From positions 704,001 through 768,000 of the forward strand of contig CAVSGM010000001.1 of assembly GCA_963727485.1 (NCBI GenBank): a stretch of 64,000 bases of DNA. Direction: 5' to 3'. Position numbers and translations under genes: made by a program. Under the pieces are notes generated by a model. That model was given only the letters and a program-made list of their open reading frames with translations. It searched no databases and was not told the origin of the DNA. Shown one piece after another: positions 9,795-18,837 of the stretch. Position 1 is the first letter of the stretch; every line of letters starts with the position of its first letter. Source of the stretch: an uncultured delta proteobacterium (GTDB lineage Bacteria; Myxococcota; Myxococcia; SLRQ01).

Positions 9795-11591
9795 ATGCTG
9801 AGGATCCGCACCACCGCCGGCGAGGAGACCCTGGACCTGGCCGAGTTCGAGCGTCGGGTGCTCGCGGGGGAGATCCCCCCGGAGACCCCGGTGCGCTTCC
9901 CGGTGATCACCGGCGACCGCTTCGTGCCCGCCCGGGAGCTCGAGATGTTCCGGGGCCTCTACCGCCCCGACCGCATCTACTTCACCCGCTACTTCAACCT
10001 CTCACGCTTCCCCTGGATCACCACCGCGGTGGTGGCGGCCAACGTGGCGGTCTACCTGGCCATGGTGGTCACCATGCACGCCGAGGTGGGGCAGGGCGAC
10101 ATCACCGGGTGGATGGTCCGCTTCGGGGCCAAGGCCACGCCCCTGATCCGCGACCTGGGCCAGAGCTGGCGCTTCCTCACCGCCAACTTCGTCCACAAGG
10201 ACCTCCTGCACATCGGCTTCAACCTCTTCGTCCTGTTCAACATCGGCGGGGCCCTGGAGAACGCCTTCCGGCCGCTGGACTACCTGGCGATCCTCCTCGC
10301 CTCGGCGCTGGGGACCACCCTGGTGTCGTTCCTGGGCACCGACGCCATCAGCGCCGGGTCGAGCGGCATCGTGTTCGGGTGCCTCGGGGGCGCGGTGGCC
10401 TTTGGCTTCAAGTACCGGGACATCATCCCCCCGCGGTACCGGCGCTTCTTCGGCGGCTCGGTGATGCCCTACGTCCTGGTCTTCCTCTGGATTGGGTGGA
10501 TGTCCACGGGGATCGACAACTGGGGCCACCTCGGGGGGCTCCTCGGGGGCACCGCCATGACCCTGCTCCTGCGCCCGCGGCTCCTCGACCACCGGGGGGA
10601 CCGGCCCCGGTACCGGGCGTGGGAGGCCCTGGCCCTCGCCGGGGTGGTGGCGGGGGTGGTCGGCGCCGGGCCGGTGTGGTCGCACACGGTGACGGCGCTG
10701 GGCCACGAGACCGACGACGCCATGGGCCTCGAGCTCGCCTACCCCACCGACTGGCACCGGGCGATCACCGACCTGGGGCAGCTCGGCTTCTCCAACGGGC
10801 TCCCCGAGCCCACCAGCCTCCAGGTCTTCTCCGAGCGGCGGAAGGCGCCGGTGGACCTGGCCCGCCTCGCCGACGCCTGGTTCGACACCCAGCTCGACAG
10901 CCTGGAGCACGTGGGGCGGGTGCGGCGGGTGCGCCGGGAGCCCGGGGCGGTGCTGGAGATCGCCGGGCGGCGCGGACGATCGTTCCACGCCGCCTTCGAG
11001 ACCACCGGGACCGGCGGCCGGGGGGTGGGCTACGTCCTCCACTTGGTGGTGTTCAGTCGCGGGGAGGAGGCCTACACGGTGGTGCTCCTCTCGCCGCGCC
11101 GGCGCTACGCTGCCTACCGGCCGCTCTTCCGGCGCATCCTCCGGGGGATCAGGCTGCGGGAGCCGCGCTTCCTCCGGCAGGCCCGGGCGGCGACGCTCCT
11201 CTGGCCCCAGGATCCCTCGACCCGCCTCGCCCTCGGCGACGCCCTGCTGCGCCTCGGGGACCCGGCCGGGGCCGAGGCCGCCTGGCGCGAGGCGGCGAAG
11301 CTGGCGCCCGCCGACCCGGCGCCGCTCCTGCGCCTGGGCCACCTCCTCCTCGGGGAGCCCAGGCGCCGGGGCGAGGGGCGGGCCCTGGTGGAGCACCTGG
11401 TGACCCGGCGCCCGGAGGCCGCGGCGCCCCGGGAGCTCCTCGCCGACTACCGGCTGGAGGTCGGGGACGTGGCCGGGGCCCTCACCGCCCTGAAGGCCGC
11501 CGCCGAGCGGGACCCCGGGGACGGGCGCCTGGCCGAGCGGATCCGCGACCTCGAGGACGGGGACCCGGCGGCGAAGGCCGACGACCCCTGA
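9795..11591 (+). CDS. Rhomboid intramembrane serine protease with C-terminal TPR
   Basis: WRFLTANFVH, HIGFN, GSSG catalytic Ser, HLGGLLGG catalytic His, TPR-like helices. Confidence 0.88.
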   Translation: MLRIRTTAGEETLDLAEFERRVLAGEIPPETPVRFPVITGDRFVPARELEMFRGLYRPDRIYFTRYFNLSRFPWITTAVVAANVAVYLAMVVTMHAEVGQGDITGWMVRFGAKATPLIRDLGQSWRFLTANFVHKDLLHIGFNLFVLFNIGGALENAFRPLDYLAILLASALGTTLVSFLGTDAISAGSSGIVFGCLGGAVAFGFKYRDIIPPRYRRFFGGSVMPYVLVFLWIGWMSTGIDNWGHLGGLLGGTAMTLLLRPRLLDHRGDRPRYRAWEALALAGVVAGVVGAGPVWSHTVTALGHETDDAMGLELAYPTDWHRAITDLGQLGFSNGLPEPTSLQVFSERRKAPVDLARLADAWFDTQLDSLEHVGRVRRVRREPGAVLEIAGRRGRSFHAAFETTGTGGRGVGYVLHLVVFSRGEEAYTVVLLSPRRRYAAYRPLFRRILRGIRLREPRFLRQARAATLLWPQDPSTRLALGDALLRLGDPAGAEAAWREAAKLAPADPAPLLRLGHLLLGEPRRRGEGRALVEHLVTRRPEAAAPRELLADYRLEVGDVAGALTALKAAAERDPGDGRLAERIRDLEDGDPAAKADDP

Positions 11592-11639
11592 CCGGCGGCT
11601 GGCCGGCGTCCCCGGCGCGTCCCTGGTATCGTCCGCGCC

Positions 11640-12434
11640 ATGTCCGCCACCGACCCCGTGACCCTCCAGGTCCTCGACCCCGGCGTGGGCCTGGTCACCC
11701 TCAACCGCCCCGACGCCAGAAACGCCCTGGACCCCGAGGGGTGGGCCTGCCTCGCCGACCGCCTCGAGGCCGCGGCGGCGGATCCGGCGGTGCGGGTGGT
11801 GGTGCTCACCGGCGCCGGGAAGGCCTTCAGCGCCGGGGGCGACGTCCGCTCGATGCCCGAGCGCCTGGCGATGTCGCCCGCGGCGCGGCGAGCGGCGCTG
11901 CTCCGGGACGCGAAGGCCATCCGCCTCCTGGTGGAGATGGACACGCCCACGGTGGCCGCGGTGAACGGGGCGGCGGTGGGGGCCGGGCTCTCGCTCGCCT
12001 GCGCCTGCGACCTGCGGCTGGCCTCCGACCTCGCCCGCTTCGGCGCCGGCTTCGTGAAGGTGGGCCTCGCCTCGGACTTCGGCGCCGCCTGGCTCCTGCC
12101 CCGGATTGTGGGCCGGGCCCGGGCCCTCGAGCTCTGCCTCACCGGGGAGCTGGTGGACGCCGCCGCGGCGCTGGCCATGGGCCTGGTGAACCGGGTGCTC
12201 CCCCAGGACCGCTTCGCCCGAGAGGCCCTGGGGCTCGCCGCCGGGATCGCCTCCGGGGCGCCGCTCGCCCTGGCGCTGACCAAGCGCACCATCCTCCGGG
12301 CCGCCGAGATCGACCTGGAGACCGCCCTCGAGTACGAGGCGATGGGGCAGGCCCTGGCGTCGAAGACCGCCGACGCCGCCGAGGGGGTCGCGGCCTTCGC
12401 CGGGAAGCGGCCCCCGGCGTTCAAGGGCGAGTAG
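11640..12434 (+). CDS. Enoyl-CoA hydratase/isomerase
   Basis: LNRPDARNAL, AFSAGGD, AAVNGAAVGAGLSLACACD, KRPPAFKGE. Confidence 0.92.
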   Translation: MSATDPVTLQVLDPGVGLVTLNRPDARNALDPEGWACLADRLEAAAADPAVRVVVLTGAGKAFSAGGDVRSMPERLAMSPAARRAALLRDAKAIRLLVEMDTPTVAAVNGAAVGAGLSLACACDLRLASDLARFGAGFVKVGLASDFGAAWLLPRIVGRARALELCLTGELVDAAAALAMGLVNRVLPQDRFAREALGLAAGIASGAPLALALTKRTILRAAEIDLETALEYEAMGQALASKTADAAEGVAAFAGKRPPAFKGE

Positions 12435-12465
12435 CCCGAGGGCCGGGGCGGCGCGCGCCCGGGCG

Positions 12466-13458
12466 CTAGTGGCAGAGGCCGGTGTTGGGGTCGCAGGTCT
12501 GGCCCTGCCCGCAGACCTGGGCCTGGTCGCACCGGGGGACGCAGGCGCCGCCCTGGTTGGGGCCGAGGGGCTGGCAGACGTAGTCCGGGCGGCCGCAGTC
12601 GCCGCTGGCGTTGCAGTCCTGGAAGCACACGTGCTGACCGTTGACCGGGATGCAGCTCGACCCGCTGGCGCAGGGGTGCTGGTCGCAGTTGTAGGTGGCG
12701 CAGTAGCCCCCGGGCCACTGGGTGAGGCAGAGGGCGGGGGTCCCGGCGCACTGGTCGGGGGCGGTGCAGGGGCCGCCCACGGCGGTGCTCCCGCCACCCT
12801 GGGCCGGGAGGCACACCGGGGTCCCGGCGAAGCCCGAGCAGGTGTAGCCGGGGCGGCAGTCGGCGTCGACCTGGCAGGCCTGGAGGCAGAACCGGTTGCC
12901 CTGGCCGCTGACGCAGGCGCTCCCCTGGGGGCAGGTGCCGTTGCCGCAGCCGGGGACGAGGCAGTAGCCCCCGGGGAACTGGGTGAGGCACGCGGCGCCG
13001 GGATCGGTGCAGTCGGAGGTGGCCTGGCACGACGCGCCCACGGCCCCTGGGGCCGGGCCGCCGCTGCCGCCGTCGGCGCTCCCGCCGCCGTCCGGGGAGC
13101 CGCCGTCCGGGGAGCCGCCGTCGAAGGGCGGCGGGCCGGCGTCGCCGGGGCCGCCGTCGGTCAGGTTGGGCCCGCCGTCGGTCAGGTTGGGCCCGCCGTC
13201 GTTCACGTTGGGCCCGCCGTCCGTGACGTTGGGCCCGCCGTCGCTCTGGTTCGGACCGCCGTCGTTCACGTTGGGCCCGCCGTCGACCTGGTCGGGCCAC
13301 GCGCAGGTGCCGTTCACGCAGATCCGGTCGCCCTTGCACTGGGTGTCGCTGGTGCAGCCGCCCGGCGGCTGGAGCTCGAGGGGGCTCAAGGGGCCGCAGG
13401 CCTGGAGGGCCAGGGCGGTAGCGGCGGTGGCGACGAGGGTGAGGGCGAGGCGGCGCAT
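12466..13458 (-). CDS. Cys-rich lipoprotein with DGGPN repeats
   Basis: MRRLALTLVATAATALALQAC lipobox; CTSDTQC; five DGGPNxx repeats; duplicated CLTQ(F/W)PGGYC modules. Confidence 0.82.
   Translation of the reverse strand: MRRLALTLVATAATALALQACGPLSPLELQPPGGCTSDTQCKGDRICVNGTCAWPDQVDGGPNVNDGGPNQSDGGPNVTDGGPNVNDGGPNLTDGGPNLTDGGPGDAGPPPFDGGSPDGGSPDGGGSADGGSGGPAPGAVGASCQATSDCTDPGAACLTQFPGGYCLVPGCGNGTCPQGSACVSGQGNRFCLQACQVDADCRPGYTCSGFAGTPVCLPAQGGGSTAVGGPCTAPDQCAGTPALCLTQWPGGYCATYNCDQHPCASGSSCIPVNGQHVCFQDCNASGDCGRPDYVCQPLGPNQGGACVPRCDQAQVCGQGQTCDPNTGLCH
13140..13285 (-). repeat. Intragenic 21-bp tandem repeat encoding DGGPN(V/L/Q)x
   Basis: gttgggcccgccgtc recurs at 21-bp intervals. Confidence 0.85.
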
Positions 13459-13611
13459 GGCCGATCGATGGTAGCACGCGGCCGGGCGCGCGTCGGGTTC
13501 CCGGGCGTGGCCGCCCGTGTCGGGTCGACGGCGAGATGCGCCTCCGGAAACGTCTGCCGATCCATGGACGTGGCGCGCACGGGGGTGGCCCGCGCCGCCG
13601 GCCGCCGCCAC

Positions 13612-14418
13612 CTACCCCAGCGCCCGCAGGTACTCGCGCACCTCGCCGACCTCCCGGAACCCCAGCCCACGGTAGAGGTGTCGCGGCGTGTCGTCCCGGT
13701 CGGTCAACAGGCTCACCCACGGCGCCCCGCGCGCGAGCCCCCGGCGCACCACCTCGCGCACCAGGCTCGAGGCCACCCCCCGGTGGCGCAGCCGCGGCAC
13801 GGTGGCCAGGGACTGGAGCGAGGCCCCGCCCTCGGCCAGCAGGAGCCCCACGGCCCCGGCGGGCTCCCCGTCGAGGAAGGCGCAGAGCCAGGTGAGGTCG
13901 AGGGTCGCCGCCTGGAGGTCCTCCCAGGCGTCGAGGGCCCGGCTCACCTCCGGGGCGTACCAGCTCGACTCCCGGCGCACGGCGTCCCGGACCCGGGCCA
14001 TGGCGCCGCGATCCCGGCGGGTGCGCACGGCGCGGACCACCACCTCGCCCCGGGTGGGGGCCGGCGGGGGCACCCGGCGGGTGGCGAGGGTGACGTAGAC
14101 GCGCTCGCCGAGGCCGAGGCGCCGCAGGGCCGCCCCGGTGGTGGCGAACTGCCCGGCGTCGTCGACCAGGAGCTTCACGTGGCCGCAGCCGGCGGTCCGG
14201 AGCACCCGGGTGCTGGCGTCGACCAGGGCCCGGACGTCCGGGGGATCGTGGATGTGGGCCACGAACGACGCGTCCCAGACCTCGGGGAGCTGGGGGTGGA
14301 TGACCGCCTTCCCCCCGGGGACGGGAATCCACCGGGCGCCGGCCACGAAGGACTGGACCTCGGTGGTCCAGACGTCTCGGGCGAGACGGGAGGTTCGCAG
14401 GGAGAGCGCCACCCCCAC
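13612..14418 (-). CDS. GNAT family N-acetyltransferase
   Basis: LATVPRLRHRGVAS motif A and LYRGLGF. Confidence 0.82.
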   Translation of the reverse strand: MGVALSLRTSRLARDVWTTEVQSFVAGARWIPVPGGKAVIHPQLPEVWDASFVAHIHDPPDVRALVDASTRVLRTAGCGHVKLLVDDAGQFATTGAALRRLGLGERVYVTLATRRVPPPAPTRGEVVVRAVRTRRDRGAMARVRDAVRRESSWYAPEVSRALDAWEDLQAATLDLTWLCAFLDGEPAGAVGLLLAEGGASLQSLATVPRLRHRGVASSLVREVVRRGLARGAPWVSLLTDRDDTPRHLYRGLGFREVGEVREYLRALG

Positions 14419-14505
14419 AGGTTAGCCTCCGGCCCCCGCCGGGGACAGGGGGCCCCGGAAGGTTTGACCCGCCCCGGTACCCGGGGGCAGAATCGCGGCC
14501 CTTCC

Positions 14506-16383
14506 ATGGCCAAGAAGCGCGGCAAGGCTCGCCCGGAGCCCACTCCCGAGACCGAGCGCCCCGACCCCGACCCGGTGGACCCCACCGGCGACGAGCCCGC
14601 GGCGCCGTCCATGTCCGAGGTCTTCCTCCCCAAGGCCCTCCGCGAGAGCCGGGCCATGAAGTGGTGGAAGTCACTCCCGGTGGAGCGCCGGCAGCTCCTG
14701 CTGGTCATCGGGATCGCCGCCGCCATCTTCGTGCCGTTCCTCGGCTCCGTCGGCCTCTGGGATCCCTGGGAGACCCACTACGCCGAGGTCGCCCGGTCCA
14801 TGGTCGTCCGCGGCGACTACATCCACCCCTACTGGGAGTGGGCGTACTTCTTCTCCAAGCCGGTGCTCTCGATGTGGCTGATGGCCATCGGGATGCGCCT
14901 CGTCCACTCGATGCACACGCCCGGCGGGCCCCTGTCCATCTACACCGAGTGGGCGGTGCGGATGCCGTTTGCCCTGCTGGCCATCTGGGGCGCGGTGGCG
15001 GTGTACCTGGCGGCGGCACGGATCTGGACCCGGCGGGTGGGGCTCATCGCCGCGTTCGCCCTGTCGACCATGCCCTTCTACTTCCTCATCGCCCGGCAGG
15101 CGATGACGGACATGCCGCTGGTCTCGCTGATGAGCGGCGCCCTGGCGTGCTTCATGATCGCGGTGTTCACCCGCGAGGATCACGACGCGGCGCCGAGGGT
15201 CCCCTGGCTCTACGCCTTCTACATCCTCATGGGCTTCGCCACCCTGGCCAAGGGGCTGCTCGGCTTCATGCTCCCCGGGGCGATCATCCTCGCCTTCCTG
15301 GTGGTCAGCGGCGAGTGGCACCTCCTCAAGAAGCTGCGCATCCCCACCGGGATCCTGGTCTTCCTCGGCGTCGCCGCCCCCTGGTACACGGCGATGACCC
15401 TCTTCGACGGGAAGGACTGGGAGTTCAAGACCTGGTTCCAGCGCTTCATCATCCACGACCACTTCGACCGCATCGCCGAGGGGGTCCACACCACCACCCC
15501 CAACACCAGCTTCGTCTACTTCGTGCGGGAGCTGGGCTTCGGGATGTTCCCCTGGGTGGCGGCGGTGCCCGGGGCCCTGGGGCTGATCTCGAGGCCCAAG
15601 ACCGCCCGGTCCAAGGCCCTGCCCGACCAGGCGAAGATCTTCGTCCTGCTGTGGCTGCTGGTGGCCTTCATCCTCTTCACCCTCGGCGCCACCAAGTTCC
15701 ACCACTACGCCTTCCCCATGGTGCCGCCGCTGGCGATCCTCTGCGCCCTCTACCTGGACACGCTCTGGGAGGAGGGACCGGACAGGAACCTGGTGCTGCT
15801 GCTGCTCGGCCTGGTGCTCTACATCGTGGTGGCCCAGAACCTGGTCCTCGAGCCCAAGCACCTGGTCAACCTCTACGTCTACAAGTACGACCGCCTCTAC
15901 CCCAGTCGCGAGGTCGACCCGAGGGCGCTGTTCGCCACGGCGTTCTCGGTGGCGGGGCTGATGCTCTTCGCCGGGTTCCTCTGGCGCAGCCGCCGGATCC
16001 TCTTCGGGACCTTCTTCGGGCTGGCGGCGGCGTTCGCGATCTACACCAGCTGGGTCCACTGGGTGGCGCTCTCGCCCCACTGGAGCCAGCGCGACATCTT
16101 CTGGACCTACTACCACGACCGCAAGGACCACGAGCCCATCGCCGCCTACTACATGAACTGGCGCGGCGAGACCTTCTACAGCCAGAACACGGTCCACCAG
16201 ATCAAGGACCCGGCGACCCTGCGCAAGTTCGTGGAGCGGCCCGGATCCGAGTACGTCGTGGTCGAGCGCCACCGCTACGAGGGGATGCGCTCGGTCCTCG
16301 GCTTCCACTACCGGTGCCACATCCTCGACCGGTCGAACAACAAGTTCTACCTGGTCCGGGTCGATCCGGCGCCACCGCGCTGA
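14506..16383 (+). CDS. GT-C/ArnT-like (family 39/83) glycosyltransferase
   Basis: LWDPWETHYAEVARSM, FFSKPVL, AMTDMPL, LAKG, many TM helices. Confidence 0.88.
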   Translation: MAKKRGKARPEPTPETERPDPDPVDPTGDEPAAPSMSEVFLPKALRESRAMKWWKSLPVERRQLLLVIGIAAAIFVPFLGSVGLWDPWETHYAEVARSMVVRGDYIHPYWEWAYFFSKPVLSMWLMAIGMRLVHSMHTPGGPLSIYTEWAVRMPFALLAIWGAVAVYLAAARIWTRRVGLIAAFALSTMPFYFLIARQAMTDMPLVSLMSGALACFMIAVFTREDHDAAPRVPWLYAFYILMGFATLAKGLLGFMLPGAIILAFLVVSGEWHLLKKLRIPTGILVFLGVAAPWYTAMTLFDGKDWEFKTWFQRFIIHDHFDRIAEGVHTTTPNTSFVYFVRELGFGMFPWVAAVPGALGLISRPKTARSKALPDQAKIFVLLWLLVAFILFTLGATKFHHYAFPMVPPLAILCALYLDTLWEEGPDRNLVLLLLGLVLYIVVAQNLVLEPKHLVNLYVYKYDRLYPSREVDPRALFATAFSVAGLMLFAGFLWRSRRILFGTFFGLAAAFAIYTSWVHWVALSPHWSQRDIFWTYYHDRKDHEPIAAYYMNWRGETFYSQNTVHQIKDPATLRKFVERPGSEYVVVERHRYEGMRSVLGFHYRCHILDRSNNKFYLVRVDPAPPR

Positions 16384-16476
16384 CGGGTCCGGGGACCGCG
16401 CGCGAACTTGCCGGCCCCCGGGCCTCATGCCATCCTCGCCCCATCGCGCCTACGACGTCACTCCCTGGAGCATCCC

Positions 16477-16917
16477 TTGAGCGCGCAGTCTGAGGCGGCC
16501 GGTGTGTTTCGCGTCCTCGTGGTCGAGGACAATCCGCACGTCTCCGAGATCTTCCGCTACGCCTTCAAGCGGATCGTCTTCGAGCGCCTCGGCCGAGCTG
16601 TCGAGGTCCGGGTCGAGGAGGCCGGCGACGGCCACGTGGCCTGGCAGCGCCTCCAGGACGCGGCGGCCCACGGGGTCGGCTTCGATCTGGTGGTCCTCGA
16701 CCTGATGCTCCCGGTGCTCGACGGCGCCGAGGTGCTCAGCCGGATGCGCCAGGACGAGGCGTGCTGCAAGGTGCCGGTGCTGGTCATCACCGCGGGCGAT
16801 GGTGAGACCGTGGCCCGGGCGAAGGCCGCCGGGGCCGACGCGGTGCTGCGCAAGCCGGTGCAGTTCAAGGAGATCCGGGAGGTCGTGGCCCGGGTGGTGC
16901 CGGCGGAGCGGGGGTAG
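16477..16917 (+). CDS. Single-domain response regulator
   Basis: VLVVEDN, LDLMLPVLDG, ITA, RKP; TTG start after GGAG. Confidence 0.88.
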   Translation: MSAQSEAAGVFRVLVVEDNPHVSEIFRYAFKRIVFERLGRAVEVRVEEAGDGHVAWQRLQDAAAHGVGFDLVVLDLMLPVLDGAEVLSRMRQDEACCKVPVLVITAGDGETVARAKAAGADAVLRKPVQFKEIREVVARVVPAERG

Positions 16918-17500
16918 CCGGCGCCGGCTGCCGGCGGGCGTGAGCGCGGCATGATACCGGCGCCGAGTGGCGCAGGGCCGGCAGCCGGAGAACGGATCCG
17001 CGTCGCTGGGCGCCGGCATCATGCAGCCGGCCCGCCCGTGCCGGGTCGCCGGCGAGGTCCGCCGGATCGGGATCCGCCGGCGGAACGCGACGCGCGGAGC
17101 GTGTCCCGACACCGTATGGGCCGGCGCCGGCTGCCGGCGGGCGTGAACCCGGCGTGATGCCGGCGCCGAGTGGCGCAGGGCCGGCAGCCGGAGAACGGAT
17201 CCGCGTCGCTGGGCGCCGGCATCATGCAGCCGGCCCGCCCGTGCCGGGTCGCCGGCGAGGTCCGCCGGATCGAGGTCCGCCGGCGGAACGCGACGCGCGG
17301 AGCGTGTCCCGACACCGTATGGGCCGGCGCCGGCTGCCGGCGGGCGTGAACGCGGCATGATACCGGCGCCGAGTGGCGCAGGGCCGGCAGCCGGAGAACG
17401 GATCCGCGTCGCTGGGCGCCGGCATCATGCAGCCGGCCCGCCCGTGCCGGGTCGCCGGCGAGGTCCGCCGGATCGAGGTCCGCCGGATCGAGATCCGCCG
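16917..17500. repeat. Tandem array of ~2.8 copies of a 203-bp palindromic (REPIN/BIME-like) unit
   Basis: Near-identical units start at 16917, 17120 and 17323; each has inverted arms (catgataccggcgcc...ggcgccggcatcatg). Lies between convergent genes. Confidence 0.95.
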
Positions 17501-17518
17501 CGCCGCCCAACCAAGAGA

Positions 17519-17556
17519 AGCGGCAGCGACCCTCACGGGCGCCGCTGCCGTCTTTC
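17519..17556. terminator. Probable intrinsic terminator
   Basis: cggcagcg...cgctgccg stem flanked by aag and tcttt, between convergent genes. Confidence 0.55.
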
Positions 17557-17583
17557 GGAGCCTGCTGGGCGCCTCGCGACCGG

Positions 17584-18699
17584 CTACCCGGCGGCCGTCC
17601 CGCACTCGGCGCAGAACTTGGCGCCGGGCGCCAGGGGCTTGCCGCAGTTCGAGCAGAACCCGCCGGCGGCCTGCGCCTCCGGCGCCGGGGCCTCGAGGGG
17701 CTTGCCGCAGGCGGCGCAGAACTTCCCGGGCGCCACCTGGGCGCCGCAGGCGGCGCAGGTGACCAGGTTCGCCGCGGGCGCGGTACCCCCGCCGGCGGCC
17801 TGCTGCTGCGCCTGCTGCTGGTTGCCCATGAACATCTGGGCCATGCCGAAGCCGACGCCGAGGCCGGCGCCGCCGAGCATCCCGCCGCCGCCGCTGCCGC
17901 CGCCCTTGGCCATGCCCTGGCCGGCGCCGAGCATCGCCTGCCCGGCGGCGTAGTTCTGGAAGCCGCCGGCCATCCGCGAGTAGGCGACGTCCTTGCTGAA
18001 GGTCTTCAGCGTCGCCTCGTCCTCGGGCTTGATGACGATGGTGAAGTTGCCGAGGCGCTGGATGGTCAGGCCATAGCCGTCGACGTGCTTCTTGGCCTTC
18101 TCCAGCACCGCGGTCTCGATCTCCTCGGTGTAGGCGCCGCTGGTGACGTCGAGCAGCGGCCACTTCTTCTTGACCATCAGCTCGGCGACGTCGTCGCGCA
18201 TGGTCTTGAGCAGGAGGTTCTTGAACCACCCGAGGAACGCGTCGTTGGTGGTCCGCTGGAGGCCGACCAGGCCGATGACCAGCTGCTGGGGGTCGGTGAC
18301 CTTGATCGAGAAGTCACCGTGGACCATGGTGCCGATGGCGAGCCCGGTCTCCGGGTCGCGCACGTCGCCGATGGGCCCACCGAACTTGATCTGGCTCACC
18401 TCGCGGGTGGTGACGAAGTAGATCTCGGTGATGAAGAGGTTGCCCCCCGTCACCGCGTCGATGAGCATCGAGAGGAACGGGAAGTTGTTGGCCTCGAGGG
18501 TGTGGCGCCCCGGGCCGATGACCCCCACCGGCTGCCCGTCCTTGAGGAAGAGGGCGACCTCGTCGGCCTCGACCGTCAGCTGGGTGCCGAACCGGACGTT
18601 GGTGTCCGGGTGCTTGTAGATGATGTCGCTCTTGAACTGGTCGGGGCGAGCGACGAACTCACGCCGGGCCTCGGTCTTCAGCGCATCGAAAAGTCCCAT
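17584..18699 (-). CDS. SPFH/band-7-like (YdjI-type) protein with double zinc ribbon
   Basis: QLTVEADEVALF..GPGRHTL; GAGLGVGFGMAQ; C-terminal CAAC..FCAACG and FCSNCG..FCAECG. Confidence 0.85.
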   Translation of the reverse strand: MGLFDALKTEARREFVARPDQFKSDIIYKHPDTNVRFGTQLTVEADEVALFLKDGQPVGVIGPGRHTLEANNFPFLSMLIDAVTGGNLFITEIYFVTTREVSQIKFGGPIGDVRDPETGLAIGTMVHGDFSIKVTDPQQLVIGLVGLQRTTNDAFLGWFKNLLLKTMRDDVAELMVKKKWPLLDVTSGAYTEEIETAVLEKAKKHVDGYGLTIQRLGNFTIVIKPEDEATLKTFSKDVAYSRMAGGFQNYAAGQAMLGAGQGMAKGGGSGGGGMLGGAGLGVGFGMAQMFMGNQQQAQQQAAGGGTAPAANLVTCAACGAQVAPGKFCAACGKPLEAPAPEAQAAGGFCSNCGKPLAPGAKFCAECGTAAG

Positions 18700-18837
18700 G
18701 GATCCCGTGCCTCCTTGCGGGCGGATGCCTTGCGGTCTGGTCGGACTATGTCGCCCGAGTGGTGAGGGTGTCAAACGCGCCGACGGGTCCCGGCGCGACG
18801 GTCTGACGCCTCTGCGGGACGGCCTCCGAGGGGTCGT

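Noticed and set aside
16917..17500. CRISPR array
   Set aside because: Units are 203 bp and nearly identical with no unique spacers; no cas genes in the window.
16951..17563. Repeated 68-aa ORFs in the array
   Set aside because: By-products of a GC-rich palindromic repeat; no RBS or protein-like composition.
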